DNA of 26,285 bases from a virus (taxonomy: Duplodnaviria; Caudoviricetes). The translations under genes and the position numbers were made by a program. The notes beneath the pieces were generated by a model that had not been told where the DNA came from, did no database searches, and saw only the letters and a program-made list of their open reading frames with translations. Position 1 is the first letter of the stretch; the number at the start of each line of letters is the position of its first letter. Below, one piece after another: positions 26,013 to 26,285 of this stretch. The DNA lies in IMG/VR virus record IMGVR_UViG_3300006922_000151, positions 1 to 26,285 of that record. One strand, 5' to 3'.

Positions 26013-26196
26013 AGACTACAGTACCCTGAACCAAAAACACTTAAATAAAAAAGGTACTGCAGTCTATAAGGAACTGTAACATTGCACAACATGAACGACC
26101 AAGAAAAGAATTAATGCAATGCTACAGTTATATTAAACTATGACACCCGAGTTAAACAATGTTACATTCACGTATACAAAGCCGGGTGCCATAGTT
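26013..26196 (-). ncRNA. array of three tandem long-stem/large-loop hairpins (putative sRNA array)
   Basis: Stems 26013-25/26053-65 (13 bp), 26072-86/26115-29 (15 bp), 26136-49/26183-96 (14 bp); loops 27/28/33 nt; both linkers 6 nt; each stem has one A-C mismatch on + that is G.U on -. Confidence 0.7.
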
Positions 26197-26201
26197 ATTA
26201 G

Positions 26202-26285
26202 TTAAGAAGATATAGGAAACTTCTCTCTAAGTTCTTTAAGGTATTTAAGAGTTAAATCCATCTCATCTAATTCACGCATTGCCTC
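26202..26285 (-). CDS. 3' end of a CDS truncated by the window edge (...EAMRELDEMDLTLKYLKELREKFPISS)
   Basis: Open frame from the window end to TAA at 26202-26204. Confidence 0.55.
   Translation of the reverse strand, partial: EAMRELDEMDLTLKYLKELREKFPISS

Noticed and set aside
26013-26196. CRISPR array
   Set aside because: No identical direct repeats; the variable segments lie inside inverted repeats rather than between direct repeats; no cas genes in the window.

Overview
AT-rich, gene-dense segment of a tailed dsDNA phage, most likely infecting Bacteroidota. The host inference rests on A-rich, SD-less start regions, Gln at +1 after predicted signal peptides, and a crAss-like/flavobacterial phage gene set. 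The first 1.4 kb (+ strand) ends a gene cluster with four tiny Lys-rich proteins that all begin MPxKK. It converges at a bidirectional terminator with a ~24.8 kb minus-strand early/replication region. That region encodes a DUF932-like protein, spore-photoproduct-lyase-like radical SAM enzyme, family B DNA polymerase, PD-(D/E)XK exonuclease, a four-gene vWA-metallopeptidase/MoxR ATPase/two BRCT-like paralog module, RusA-like resolvase, primase, Sak4-like ATPase with putative SSB, DnaB helicase, DnaA C-terminal-domain protein, UNG, NinB-like protein, SF2 helicase, acyl-CoA thioesterase, exported hydrolases (M23, SNase, lysozyme-like), tRNA-Arg(TCT), HNH and HTH proteins. The most striking unexplained feature is a ~390 nt non-coding region (25811-26196). 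It holds three tandem, covarying long-stem/large-loop hairpins whose loops look antisense to translation-initiation regions, followed by a further structured domain ending in an H-type pseudoknot and U-tract. All family assignments come from motif recognition by eye; no searches were run.
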